Below, piece after piece: positions 11,036 through 22,971 of a stretch of DNA of 64,000 bases. The position numbers and the translations under genes were made by a program. This stretch comes from Podarcis melisellensis (taxonomy: Eukaryota), in the NCBI GenBank assembly GCA_964234715.1, contig OZ174290.1. The stretch is one strand, 5' to 3'. Numbering within the stretch: position 1 is the stretch's first letter; the number at the start of each line of letters is the position of its first letter. The notes below the pieces were generated by a model. The model was not told where the DNA came from. It did not search any database and saw only the letters and a list, made by a program, of their open reading frames with translations.

Positions 11036-13695
11036 CTGAATGGCAGTTGTTCACTCATATGGGAGGAAACAAATGGGCACAATGAGGAACAATTCTGTGC
11101 ATTAGGGACTACTTAATATGTCTATTCTGGCTAGGGGTTTGGTTGTTTATTTCTGGAAGTGTACATGCCCAGGTGTATTGGTGAATAGTTTCCCCATTTG
11201 GATGGAGCAATATCAGCCATAATAATATGAGCACAGTCTTTCCAGGGAAACATGATTGCGCAGTTGAAAATGCTGCAATTGCATGGGAAGTTGCTTCACA
11301 CAAATTGGATTTCACTGCAATTGGTGCTTCTGATGCTGATGACTACTATGGCCTCAGCACATTATCTCCTCCACAATGCTGCTGTCTCCAAGTGCTGCTC
11401 CCACAGAAGTGGCAATGGAAAAGGCAAGTATCAAGGCTAAAATTGAAGGCCTTTGCATTTCTAAATTCACTTCTACAAATATTGGGTCAGGATGTGGTGA
11501 TGGATGAACACACTTCAGGTAGTGTCTTAGTGGCTGGACCCAACTGAAGGGCAAAACAGACCAGTCATTTTCCCCCCATCACTTGTCTCCTTTAAGAAGA
11601 CAAGAAAGTCTTTCTAAAAGCTGGACGATGCATTCATATACAAGGTGGCCAACCAGAGGAAATGGCTTGTATCATGAAGGTTGCCTCCACACAATTTTGT
11701 GGGAAGAGTCAAGTGCAAACCAGAACTATATGTTTGCCCTAGTGCAACAAATCCATTGTAAAGAAGAATTCGACTTTTTGCAGTTTTAAAAGTGATGCAT
11801 TTCACAGTGTAAAGTGAACAAATGACTGATGGGAAGACCTATAAACACCCCGTGGCTAAGGAAGTCAGAATGACTGTCAGATAAGTGTTCTTTATTGTAT
11901 AATCACTCTGCAAACAAATCAGAATGAAGGCTCAATAAAGAACAGATTTAATCTAACCTCTGTGCAAATATTTTGCAAGCAAATCAGGATGGATGCTGAA
12001 TAAACAGGGCGCTGAGAGGGCAGGGTTGCCATATTTCAAAAAGTAAAAACCAGGGGGCCACACTTCTGATTTGGACAGTGAATTTTGCTGCCTGTCAGGG
12101 GAAAACTAAATTATTCCTTACTTGTGAGTCCTGCATGCTAAAAGTGAGCATTTCATTTCCAGGCCTTTTAGAGACTACGTGACAGGAGTCATGAACTTGC
12201 ACATGCATCATTGCCTCTCTATTTTCTTAAACTCTGCCCTGGTGATTTATTTAAAGTCTCGTTTTAGAAAACATCCCATAAGCCCAGCCAAAAATGGCTC
12301 CTGAAATGAGGACTGAATTAAACATTTGGTGGCACTTCCTAAGGGCCCTTAACTCATTTAGCATAGCAAGGAAATGGCAAACATGTGAAAAGTTAGTCCA
12401 GGTGGCCCAAGTCCTGATCTTGCACACTTCCTATTAGGGTCTGTCACCAATGTGTATCAATTAGTGATGGGCAAATCTATCAATTTTGGTATCTCTCTCT
12501 CTTAAAAAATCCTATCTTAAGTTCGATTCTCCATATTTCCACATCATTGGTGCTAAACACCACACTAGACCACATCAGACTTTTCACTTTTGTTATATTT
12601 TACTTGCCAGTAACACAACGGTGGCCTCCTCCTTCAAATTGCCTGCTTATTCCCATTTCCACCCTGCACGCTCAGCACTTAGCTTTACCAACCAACTTAC
12701 CAAACAAAGAGGGGAACTATTATCCTCTTTCCATGAAAATGTTAAGTCACCCTGGGCTGGGAAGTCAATGCGCAGAAGAAGGGGGATGAAGAGGGGAGAG
12801 TGCTGATGGAGTTGAAAGAGGCAACATAAATTAATCAAACGAGGCATCTCACAAGATTGAATTAGGCTCTGATTTATAACTGCAGCACTTGCTGCTGGGG
12901 TGCTGCCGCCATGTACTCATCCCTCTCTTTCTGATTTATAGAGCATTTGATGTGCTTGGGCTGTGTGAAAGGGTCTGCATCTAGATGGATGGATGGATGG
13001 ATGGGGGTCACAATTTCAGCTAATTCTGCATTTCCCACTTCCCTCCCCATTTTGTTCTTGGGACTTTACTTCAGTTTATCATATTTATTTGGGGCACTGA
13101 CTTGGATCCCTCCTGTGTTAGGTAGCAACTTTGGGCCCCTCAGATGTCCTTTTCATTTTATATGATTACTTTTGCTCATGATGTTATTTGGGCAGTTATA
13201 TGCAATCCCACTTTCAACTGAGTTTGTACCTGCAAAAGCTTCAGGGCAGAAATATTGCTTCATTTCTAGCTGGTGAATGTCCCAAAACTAACTGCTGAAA
13301 CCCTGTAACTTTTTATACCACAAATGTTCTTTCTCTGTGTTTTGTGCCACTTTTATTGCATTGCCCCTTCAAATGGCAATACTGTTGTAACATTGCAGAA
13401 AAACTAATAAAGTAGAATGTTGGGTGGATGGTCCAACACAAAGGCGATAGGCAACCTCAATTACATATGTCAGCATTTTATATACGTAGATGACTTCTGC
13501 ATATAGAGTTCCATCAGTCTTATGGGTTTTAACCGTGTTTAACCTCACACACATTAAATCCAGGCCTCCTTTCAAGGAATGGGCAGAATAGTGTAAGAAA
13601 CAAAAGGCATGCATGAAAAGATGCATGTGAAATCTCATAAATAATTCTTAGAAAGCTGAACATGTCATTCTCATATATATATATGAGATGATAGC

Positions 13696-14008
13696 ACATA
13701 AGAACATAAGAAACTCGTGGCTCAGCCCAGTGGCTCATCTAGTCCAGCATTATGTTCTCAGCCAGATCTGGCCAGCCAGATGACGGTGAAAAGCAGGACC
13801 TGAGAGCAAGCGTCCTCTGCCATCCTATGGTTTCCAGCAACAGCTATGTTGAACCATTACAGCCTCCAACTGTGGAATCAGAACATAGCCACCATGGCTA
13901 ATAGCCGCTGGTATCCTACTCCTCCATGAATTTTTCCAATCCTCTTTGTAAGCCATCTGTGTTCGTGGCCATCACTGCCTCCTGTGGGAGTGAGTTCCAC
14001 AGTTTAAC
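13696..14008 (-). mobile_element. CR1 LINE 3' end (ORF2 C-terminus + UTR, (TTCTTATG)n tail)
   Basis: ACATAAGAACATAAG tail; minus strand encodes LWNSLPQEAVMAT..DG..RGL.KFMEE. Confidence 0.9.
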
Positions 14009-14065
14009 AACAAAGCTAACAATAATTTCACTTATGAATCACTCCTCATGAAGCATAAAGTTATA

Positions 14066-14342
14066 GAAGAAGGAGGAGGAGGAGAAGAAGAAGAGGAGGA
14101 GGAGTTTGGATTTGATACCCCGCCTTTCACTCCCCTTCAGGAGTCTCAAAGCAGCTAACATTCTCCTTTCCCTTCCTCCCCCACAACAAACACTCTGTGA
14201 GGTGAGTGGGGCTGAGAGACTTCAAAGAAGTGTGACTGGCCCAAGGTCACCCAGCAGCTGCATGTGGAGGAGCGGAGACACGAACCCGGTTCCCCAGATT
14301 ATGAGACTACCGCTCTTAACCACTACACCACACTGGCTCCTG
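14066..14342 (-). mobile_element. MIR/Ther1-derived SINE (Squam3-type), full length
   Basis: tRNA-like head (GGAGCCAGTGTGGTGTAGTGGTTAAGAGC on minus), CORE-like GGGTGACCTTGGGCCAGTCAC, L2-type tail with (CTT/CCT)n; 13-bp TSD GCATAAAGTTATA (14053-14065, 14343-14355). Confidence 0.9.
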
Positions 14343-14725
14343 GCATAAAGTTATACATATAAATGCAATTTTAAAAATTGCATAAACATTACACCCCCCC
14401 CACACACACCAATACTCACTACCAATACTTGGGGGGGGAAAGATCTTCATTTATAAGATTAGTTGAGATTTTGACAAGTCATCATCTTCAAGGGCAAAAA
14501 GATCTTATTCTACTACCCTGTTCCATTACCCCTTGTTGTACCTTGTTCACCAGGTGAACAGCTATAACAAGGTAATAGGACCATTCTATCCTCTTGAAAA
14601 GTTTGTGCTCTAAGTCGCAGAGCATGGGCTTTTCAAGAGGAGAAAATGGTCGGGGGGGGGGGAGGAATGACCCATTTATTTTTTTCCTTTCTTTGTTGCT
14701 GTTCTCAGTCAGTATTTTTTGGACT

Positions 14726-15010
14726 CTATGGTAGCTTGTGCCCATTGGGACCAGCGGGGCAAAAGCCAAAGGGGCCAGCAGTAGTTGGCACCTGAGTCAA
14801 TGGCAGCAGGATCCAGCTAGTTCTAGGTTTGCTTCCATCACTCTCCCTGCTGAGCTCTACAAGGGGCAATGCCAAGTCTTAAAGAGGAGGAAGCTGGCAG
14901 GCAGGGCCACAGCCTGGATTGGCTACAAGTAAGAAAGCAGGCAGGTGAGGGTTGGCTGATAGTAGACTGAGACTGGAGGGACAGTGCCCCTAATGGATGA
15001 GCCTCCACTG
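14726..15010. mobile_element. old hAT-type MITE (family of 61945-62139)
   Basis: end GAGCCTCCACTG; degenerate TSD TTTGGACT/CCTGGACT. Confidence 0.5.
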
Positions 15011-15846
15011 CCTGGACTGCCACTGCTATCTTGGTACCATGTGCCCAGTGCTCCTTCTTCCTCATCCCAGACATTCAGGGTTGTCGTTCACAAAGGATCC
15101 AGTTAGGGCTTGTGATGATGTCCTCATAGTTCAATGTAACCAATACAGAGCAAGAGCAATATTTCTGTCACATTGAATGCAAGTCAAATCCAGAGGGGGC
15201 TCTGGCCATCATGGGGGTCTGGTAGGGAAAGGGAGTATAGCCATTCCACCAGGTCCTTATACCTGAGAAATCTTCCCCATGGTAACCCAACTGGTTCATC
15301 TAATCCATGATAGGAAAGTCTCGTCATATTTTGGAAAACCCTGTCTTTCGGTTCTAAAGTTTAGGACAGCAGTACAAAAGCAGCAGCCCAGTTTTTTACT
15401 GCATTGGCAATCTCTGGGTACCTGACACCAGAGGAAAATAATGGGAAGAGATATTCCACCTTCCTGTGGAGTATTGATTTCTTTCCCCTTTTGCTCTTCA
15501 CCACAGCCTTTCACTCATCTTTTCCAAAAGCTGGCAGGTGAATGAAATACAAGGTTTGTGAGTCTGAAACTACAAAAAGTGACAGCTCCATCCCTCCAAG
15601 TGATAGCTTTTCAAAGGAAAGCGTGTCCTGGACAGACAGAGCAAAACCCAGATGCCTGCAGAGGCCAAATAAGTTTCTTTTCCTCCCCCTTTCAATGCAA
15701 AACATAGCCAGGAAAATCAAAACAGCAGGTAGATTCAGAGTGAGTTGATGCTCAACTCACTCACTCATGAAGTGGAAAAGAGTACATGTTGAGAACTACA
15801 TTGATCCGGAATGACAGTCCACTTACCACCACCAAGATCTGATAAT

Positions 15847-16072
15847 CATAAGAAGAGCCCTGCTGGATCAGATCAAGAGCCAATCTAGTCCAACTCTCTG
15901 TTCCCATAGTGGCCAGCCAGATACCCATGGGAAGTCTGCAAGGAGCATCTGAGTGCAATCACTTTCTCCTTACCTGCAGTTTCCAACAACCGGTATTCAG
16001 AGGCATCCTGCTTCCAGGAGTGAAGGTAGACTAGTCATTGATCACATATACATTGTGACTAATAGCCATTGA
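15847..16072 (-). mobile_element. CR1 LINE 3' UTR fragment
   Basis: CATAAGAAGAGCCCTGCTGGATCAG... homologous to other copies. Confidence 0.85.
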
Positions 16073-16252
16073 AGGATGTTGCACAAGAAGTGTGCACATA
16101 GTGACCCACCACTCCTGATGTCTATATAGTGCTTCTAAGTTAGCTAAGATTTAAAGGCAAAAGAAATGCAATGTCTGTTAATTTATTTAAAACATTCAAT
16201 TTGTTTATTCATTACATTATTCTCCAGCCCTTTCCTCTAGGAGTTCACAGTA

Positions 16253-16403
16253 CAGTGGTACCTCAGGTTAAGAACTTAATTCGTTCTGGAGGTCTGTTCT
16301 TAACCTGAAACTGTTCTTAACCTGAAGCACCACTTTAGCTAATGGGGCCTCCTGCTGCTGCCGCTGCACCACTGGAGCACAATTTCTGTTGTCATCCTGA
16401 AGC
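16253..16403 (+). mobile_element. Tc1/mariner (Tigger-like) MITE, left half only
   Basis: TA + CAGTGGTACCTCAGGTTAAGAACTTAATTCG; near-identical to the 5' half of 35447-35688. Confidence 0.9.
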
Positions 16404-16700
16404 GATGCTGGAGAAGGGCCCAGCAGGGAGAGAGGCAGCTCATCGGCTGGGGAAGGAAATCAGCGTAACACCAGGGATAAAGGGGGGCAGATGGGGGAAT
16501 CGACAAGGGGGCTCCAAGACTCCTCGCGGGAGACCAGCGGGGAGAGCATGGGTCCTCCGCTGCCCACAGCCACCCTGCACAGAAGACTTCCGTGCAGGGA
16601 GAGTAGGCGGAGACTTGGCGTCAAAGAACATCTTTGCTGGAAGAGGTTCAAGAAACGCCCAGTGACGGATTCTGCTAGCGACTGAAACAGCCACAAAGTG
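16404..16700. mobile_element. probable LTR-retrotransposon LTR fragment
   Basis: abrupt switch to purine/GC/CpG-rich sequence at the MITE truncation point; no termini visible. Confidence 0.35.
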
Positions 16701-17741
16701 AAGGGCTGTCCAGACAGAAAAGGTTTAACCAGGCAACCTAGCCAGGAGTGGCGGCAACTTACGCACGAGCAACCCCTATAACCATTACAATCACCAAACA
16801 AATGGTACTGGGAGAAGCATTCCATAATCATGGTGCCAACCACTGATAAGGCCCTATTAAGTGGAATGGTGAATTCAGCTGCAATAGTGTTGGGATCTTT
16901 TCTTTCAGCCTGTCTTGTGAAGTTTCAGCTGTGGGCCAGGACTTGAAGCCTCCTTCCTTTGGGTGGAGATGGGAGACAACACACTGCAGCAACTGTGCAG
17001 TAGACATTCCTCCTCCACCACCACCCTGTGGGCTTCTGGGTAGTTTGGAGATAAATTCATGGAAACACAAAGGGATTCCATTTTGTGGTATTTGCTGCTC
17101 TGTAGAAGGCCCTCCTCAGAAACCAAGAAGTGTAAATCATAATTTTCCAGGAGAAAAGTTCAATGAACTTATTGTCAGGGGGAAACATAAAGTCTAGAGA
17201 AAGAAAAATTCAATTTTCTTGGGGAAATTACAAAACACAATTTATCCTTTTAGATTGACATTTAGAAGCAATATTGTCTATTCATTTCATCCCCACATTA
17301 CTATTATTATTATTGTTTGTTTGGTTTGAAGAAACTCAAGTGAAATGGCATGTTTGGAGCTTTATTGCAATCTAAAAGTGATCCCTTTTTGTTGTGATGG
17401 TGGTTCTTTCAGTCTGACATTTTCAGAAAGGGAATGCTTAGTTTCACGGCACTTTATGACATTTTTGCTCAGGGCCAAATTGCAGACTGATTTTGAAATG
17501 CTGATATATCCCCCAAGGTAGGATTTCTGTATTTGAAAAGCTCCAGGACTCATTTAAGAACTTAATGTTGTTGTTTTTTAAAAAAAGTAGAGGGGGGAAA
17601 GTTTGAAGATATATATAATACCTATGTTCCATAATGAATTGGTTTTTTATTTTTATTTCATTTCAGGAGAAATAGAATATCAAAATACCCATTTCTTATT
17701 TCCCGCCTTAGCTGATCCATTATTTGACTGTAGTCCCTACA

Positions 17742-17905
17742 TGTAGCTCAGCTGTAGATCACCTGCTTTGCATGCAGAAAGTCCCAGGTTCAAAAGAACC
17801 TTGTATTTTAATGTTTGAAATGGTTATGTTTTTTATGTATAAAATTATCAAAAACCCAATTTTCAATCCCTGGAATCTCCAGTCAGTGTTGGCAATAGTG
17901 AGCGA
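17742..17905 (+). mobile_element. tRNA-derived SINE fragment, interrupted by ~70 bp AT-rich insert
   Basis: GTAGCTCAG..GTAGA.CACCTGCTTTGCATGCAGAAAGTCCCAGGTTCAA ... TTCAATCCCTGGAATCTCCAGTCAGTGT. Confidence 0.7.
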
Positions 17906-17916
17906 GCTCTTAATTT

Positions 17917-18092
17917 GGGTTATTACATTTCTATGCCATCTCTCTCCCCCCCCCCATGAGCCAAGGTGATTCTGCACCCCCCAACCACTTTTCTCCCTCA
18001 CAATAACCCTGAGAGGTAGTCTCTGCTGGAAGACCAAGGTGACCTAATGAGTATTGCTGAGTGTGGATTTGAACCTGGTTTCCTAGGGTCCA
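17917..18092 (-). mobile_element. old MIR/Squam3-type SINE
   Basis: CCTCACAATAACCCTGAGAGGTAG...CCAAGGTGACC...GGATTTGAACCTGG (B box on minus). Confidence 0.7.
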
Positions 18093-18176
18093 GAAGTGGA
18101 TTTAGGGAAGCACAACTGTTAGCTATTTGTGACTGAGAAATATAAGCCTTACACAAATAGTTAAAGGTAACTTTTA

Positions 18177-18927
18177 CCGTATTTTTCGCACCATAGGACG
18201 CACTTTTTCCCCTCCAAAAATGAAGGGGAAATGTGTGTGCGTCCTATGGTGCGAATGCAGGCTTTCACTGAAGCCTGGAGAGTGAGAGGGGTCGGTGCGC
18301 ACCGACCCCTCACGCTCTCCAGGCTTCGCGGACCTCTTCGCAAGGAGCGGGAGCACTCCGGCTCCTTGCGGGGAGTTGCCAGCATGGCGAAGCCTGCGCG
18401 CGCTGAGCTCAGCGCGCCCAGGCTTCGCGGACCTCTCCGCAAGGAGCCGGAGCGCTCCGGCTCCTTGCGGGGAGTTGCCAGCATGGCGAAGCCTGCGCGC
18501 GCTGAGCTCAGCGCGCCCAGGCTTCGCGGACCTCTCCGCAAGGAGCCGGAGCGCTCCGGCTCCTTGCGGGGAGTTGCCAGCATGGCGAAGCCTGCGCGCG
18601 CTGAGCTCAGCGCGCCCAGGCTTCGCGGACCTCTCCGCAAGGAGCCGGAGCGCTCCGGCTCCTTGCGGGGAGTTGCCAGCATGGCGAAGCCTGCGCGCGC
18701 TGAGCTCAGCGCGCCCAGGCTTCGCGGACCTCTCCACAAGCAGCGGGAGTGCTCCCACGGCTTGCAGAGAGCTGCCTGTTTGCGGGCTGGGGTCGGGGGA
18801 AGCTCGAGCTTCCCCCGCCCCAGCCCCGCGCCTGGGGGGGGAAAATAATTTTTTTCCCTTTATTTCCCCCCCCAAAAAAATGGGTGCGCCCTATGGTCCG
18901 GTGCGCCCTATGGTGCGAAAAATACGG
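18177..18927. mobile_element. young Tc1/mariner (Tigger/pogo-type) MITE with internal palindromic minisatellite
   Basis: TIRs CCGTATTTTTCGCACCATAGGACGCAC / GTGCGCCCTATGGTGCGAAAAATACGG; TA TSD at 18175-18176 and 18928-18929. Confidence 0.92.
18321..18776. repeat. 99-bp GC-rich tandem repeat (4 full units + diverged partial)
   Basis: units start at 18321, 18420, 18519, 18618, 18717 (AGGCTTCGCGGACCTCT...); units 2-4 identical. Confidence 0.97.
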
Positions 18928-19438
18928 TACTTGCCAGTTGAATGGTTGAACGACAAGTATGATTTGCAAACTCCTCCAGACAGCATCTGCATGATGTCTC
19001 CACACCTCTCACCTTCAAAGTCAAGAGAGGACTATCAGAATAACCAACCAGCTCCCACTGCCAATTACCAGTCGCCACCTTCTTTCCCCAACACCACTTA
19101 CTCTTTGTGAAATACATTTCCAATGAAATTACATTGCAAATTCTAACATCAAACGGTGCGGTTGTGCTGGCTGCAGACCCTTGGGGGTGTTGCAGGGGGT
19201 GTCACGACTATGATGTAGAATGGAAAGTAAGACGTTGGGAGCGCACCCCAAATTTTGGCATTGCTGGAATTTGAGACCCCAAGGTCTCCCACTTCAGGCC
19301 CTAGTCTAACACTCTAATCACTGGCTAGAAGGTACCAATGGGCCAAGTCAGCTTCCCGTGTTCCTGTTTGAAGCAGGGTGGAGTCAGATACCGTGAAGAA
19401 AAATAAACAAACCTCAAAACAGTTGTCAAATGGCAAGT

Positions 19439-19457
19439 GAGCCACAAGAGGGCAGTG
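19439..19457 (+). promoter_or_regulatory. candidate CTCF binding site
   Basis: GAGCCACAAGAGGGCAGTG closely fits the CTCF core CCASYAGRKGGCRS (one mismatch); motif match only. Confidence 0.45.
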
Positions 19458-20164
19458 GTCCTCCAACCTCAAAGTATCTGCAAACAGAGAAACTCAATTA
19501 GGATGTTCATTTACGGTAGAGTGATTTCGAATTAAATGCATTTTCTAGCTTTTCATGCAACTTACAATAGAAATAAAAAGAGAGAGGGGGGACATTTTGT
19601 TTTGTTCAAGCAGAAAAACTATGCACCCCCCCCCCTCGATTGAGATCCGCAAACAGCACCACTTTTCTGGGTGATTTTCTATCGGCTGTTTGTGAAAGTG
19701 GCAGGCTTCAGGCTTCATATCATGGCTTGTATGCTTTGTTGTGGTCGTAGTAAAGTCTTCCTAAGCATCTGTTAACACAAGGGATGTAAAACCTACATTC
19801 CACAGGCAAAATTTGGCCCATGTAGCCATTTTCTCCCAACCACACCCACATGCACATCTACAACACTGGTGCATTCTGAAATGGCAGCAGGGTTTTGTTT
19901 TTTAAATGGAGTGGGGGTTAGGGGGTTGTTGACACCTAGTCTAGTCCTCATTTGTGGATTTCCCCAATTCATTTGACACATTAAAGTGTCTTTTATTTTT
20001 ATTTTTTTTAAAAATGTGAAAAATTCAATATAATTCTTCCTATACTGGTATTTCCTCAATTTACCATCTGAGGCAACCAACTGAATTCTTCCATACACCA
20101 ACCTTCTTCCCTCAATTGACAATGATTTTGTACTGAGATGTAATGCCAAACCATTTTATTGCAG

Positions 20165-20300
20165 TCTCACCCACCTTGGTGTCCTCCAGATATCTAAACT
20201 ATGACTCCCACCAGCCCTGGCCACCATAGCTAGTGATTATGGATGGATGGGAACCGTAGTCTAAGAAAAAATCAGGAGGACACCAGTTTGGGGAAGGCTG
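20165..20300. mobile_element. degenerate palindromic hAT-type MITE
   Basis: TGGTGTCCTCCAGATA...ACTATGACTCCCA ... TGGGAACCGTAGT...GGAGGACACCA inverted arms. Confidence 0.7.
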
Positions 20301-20429
20301 ATCCTGAAAAGGCACTTAGATCCCCTGGGCTCACACACTCCGCATTCCTTGTCCTACTCCACTGTGGTTGTATGGAGATGAGAGGTTTCTGCTTTCCTTT
20401 TAGATTACTTGCAGTTCAGCATTTTATTT

Positions 20430-20562
20430 TATTTTCTAAATATACACATAACTCCACCTTGGGACCAAAGGCAGAGAATGTCTGGTTCCTGATGAGTTAC
20501 CCATCCAGGCCTGCTTAGCTTTAACAAGGTGGTGGCTTCATGTGCCCAAGAGCTATGCCACC
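20430..20562 (-). mobile_element. degenerate 5S-rRNA-related SINE
   Basis: minus strand AAAGCTAAGCAGG..CCTGGATGGG resembles the 5S internal control region (box A AGCTAAGCAGGG; box C TGGATGGG). Confidence 0.45.
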
Positions 20563-21220
20563 CAAACCCTAAACTGTGGCTGGTCTTAACTGTAGTTAGT
20601 GAAAACAAGGCAATTTCATAAGCCAATATTAACTGTAGTTAATATGAACCACAGTTTATCCACTTTTGGATGTCAGGACAAACTGCGGTTAATCAACAAA
20701 AGAAGCAAAAGCTTCTGAACTCCTCCTCATGGCTGCACCAGAACATGATTGGAGGAGGGGAATGTGCAAGTCAGCTGGAGGAAAGCTGAACTCTGTGGTT
20801 TAGCATTATGTCTCACCTAGCCAGTGCCTCTTAACATGCCACTTCCACTCACTTCTTCTGCAAGAATTGCTAAATTACTTGCAGAATTTGCACAGCACTC
20901 CTCTGCTATAGATGTTTTCTATTGCATTCGTAACTAGCTGGTCCTTTAGGACAAATTGGATGCTTCCCCACTGAATGCAGCCCACACCCAATTGCCTTCT
21001 TATTTCACAACTTAGCCCAGGGGATGGCATTAGCTGTCAAGTTCCTTCTCTTTGGTCCCCATAGAATTCAGTAGGGGGAAAGATGGGGTCAAGACTTGGT
21101 TTAGTTGATTCTGTCTGCCATTAGCTTTGACACCATCTTACTGTTGGCCTCTGTGCTGCTTGGCCTATTCAGTATCAATGGGCACCCGCCACCACTGGGT
21201 AACAGTATTGCTAAATTGGC

Positions 21221-21232
21221 AAAGAAAGAAAG

Positions 21233-21305
<73 letters not shown>
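21221..21305. repeat. (GAAA)n microsatellite
   Basis: directly visible. Confidence 0.97.
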
Positions 21306-21306
<1 letters not shown>

Positions 21307-22844
21307 GCTGGAAGGAAGTTTTGAGCTCACCCCCTCCCCCTTTTTTTGGCAGCCGACAGGCTGGCTTGGGAGATTTCTCTCTGTCAGCCGAATGAAGGCG
21401 AGAGACAAAGCGAGAATTCGTGTGGAGTACCGAAGACTGTCGGACTCAATTATATGTAATGGGCTTTGCAACCCAGTGATTAATTTGGTAATCAAAGCAG
21501 ATATTACAGCAACGACTGGCAATGGGGAAAAATAACCTAAAATAGATATAAAACATTTTTCGCCTCAAAATTGGCAGCTGATATCTTTCTGTTTTATGAG
21601 AAGTGGCAGGGAGGTGAAAGAGAATGGGAGAGGTGCCTATCATAGCAAAAAGGGAGGTGGGGGAAGGTTTCTGTGTTAACTCACCCGGGCTCGCAACTGC
21701 TTGATGTTTCCTTTCAAAAGCAAATCAGACAGTGCTCTCTTCTGCTTTTGAGGTCAGGGGTGGGGGTTGCACTCCCTGTATTATAACACTCGTATAGCTC
21801 AACTTTTTCCACCCTTCCAGTTTCAGAATGCTTTAAGGAAAGGCGCCAGCTAGTTATATTACTATCAATATTGCATTGTACACTTTGAGTTCTTATGTGA
21901 GTCTTAATGGGAACAAGGCTTCGGTGCTATCCTAATCTGTGCTAGACCCCAAAAGCCATTAACACCCTTCCAAACACCTGGATTAGGGATGGGTGAATCT
22001 GTTGATTTTGGTTTCTCCCACAGTTTTTCATTTGACCAGTCTTTGATTCCATTTTCCACATCCGTTTGCAATGATATTAATAATAAAAGGTTCTCATGAA
22101 ACCAGACCAGCATTTTAGTGCTGATTTCTCATAGTGAATATTTTTTGCAAAGCAATTTTCCCCAATATAATGCATTTTGCATGTCTTTTTCACTAATGTA
22201 TACATTTACATGCACACTTTACCCAGGTCTGTGTATTTTTGTACACATTACTTGGCTTGAGAGTTGTGCTGCAAAATTCAGAAACATGTACATTTTGAAG
22301 CATGGCTGTGTTTCACTTTGCTTATTGTTTTGAAAGGTGTGAATTATTTAGGCTTGCCTTTAAATGTGAACTGATTTGGTCCCCACTCCATTCCTAGCTA
22401 GGATACAGTGATAAAGTAGGTGGGATTTGTGGGCAATTAACACCTGTCAATGTAACTGAGAAGCCAGAATCACTTTCCAGGTAAACAAGGATCCAGTGTA
22501 GGAGAAATGAGGCCTCACGACCATCTTCTCAGTATAAAATTCAGAAATGTACCGCTATGTTTACTGTGCTGACCACAAAGAGGAGGAATTAGTTTTGCTT
22601 TTGGCTGTGCAAATGGTCCAGACTTTACAAATAAATCAAAGAACAGGGTAAGACCATCAAGTTAAGTCTCTATCGAAAGTGAAGACTATGACTCAGACAA
22701 TTGAAGGACTGTACCCAGTGGGTACTCTAGCAATGCATGCATTTTATTAAATGAACAAATAATCTAGATTGATTCTAGAACCTGCTCTCCACAAGGATGA
22801 CTGTGATTACTTGATACATGTTTGGAAACCCATCCCTTGATTAG

Positions 22845-22971
22845 GGACCTCCTGCTGCCACCGCGCCACACGCGATTTCTGTTCCCATCCTGAAGCAAAG
22901 TTCTTAACCCGAGGTACTATTTCTGGGTTAGCATCTGTGACCTGAGGCATCTGTAACCCAAGGTACCACTC
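22845..22971 (+). mobile_element. Tigger-like MITE, right half only
   Basis: CATCCTGAAGCAAAGTTCTTAACCCGAGG...GTAACCCAAGGTACCACT matches the 3' half of 35447-35688. Confidence 0.85.

Noticed and set aside
18321-18776. CRISPR-like palindromic repeat array
   Set aside because: Units are contiguous and identical with no unique spacers; no cas genes; eukaryotic TE context
18161-19110. Long ORFs (192-271 aa) in several frames
   Set aside because: They arise from a GC-rich 99-bp (multiple of 3) tandem repeat inside a MITE; open on both strands, no transposase motifs
21105-21522. KERK-repeat and FLSF-repeat ORFs (likewise PSFL/RKEG at 36844-37367)
   Set aside because: Translations of microsatellites
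16253-22971. One MITE split by a 6.4-kb insertion (left half at 16253, right half at 22845)
   Set aside because: The halves overlap by ~60 bp of consensus and differ in sequence; the interval holds heterogeneous repeats and CNE-like DNA, so two independent truncated copies is more parsimonious
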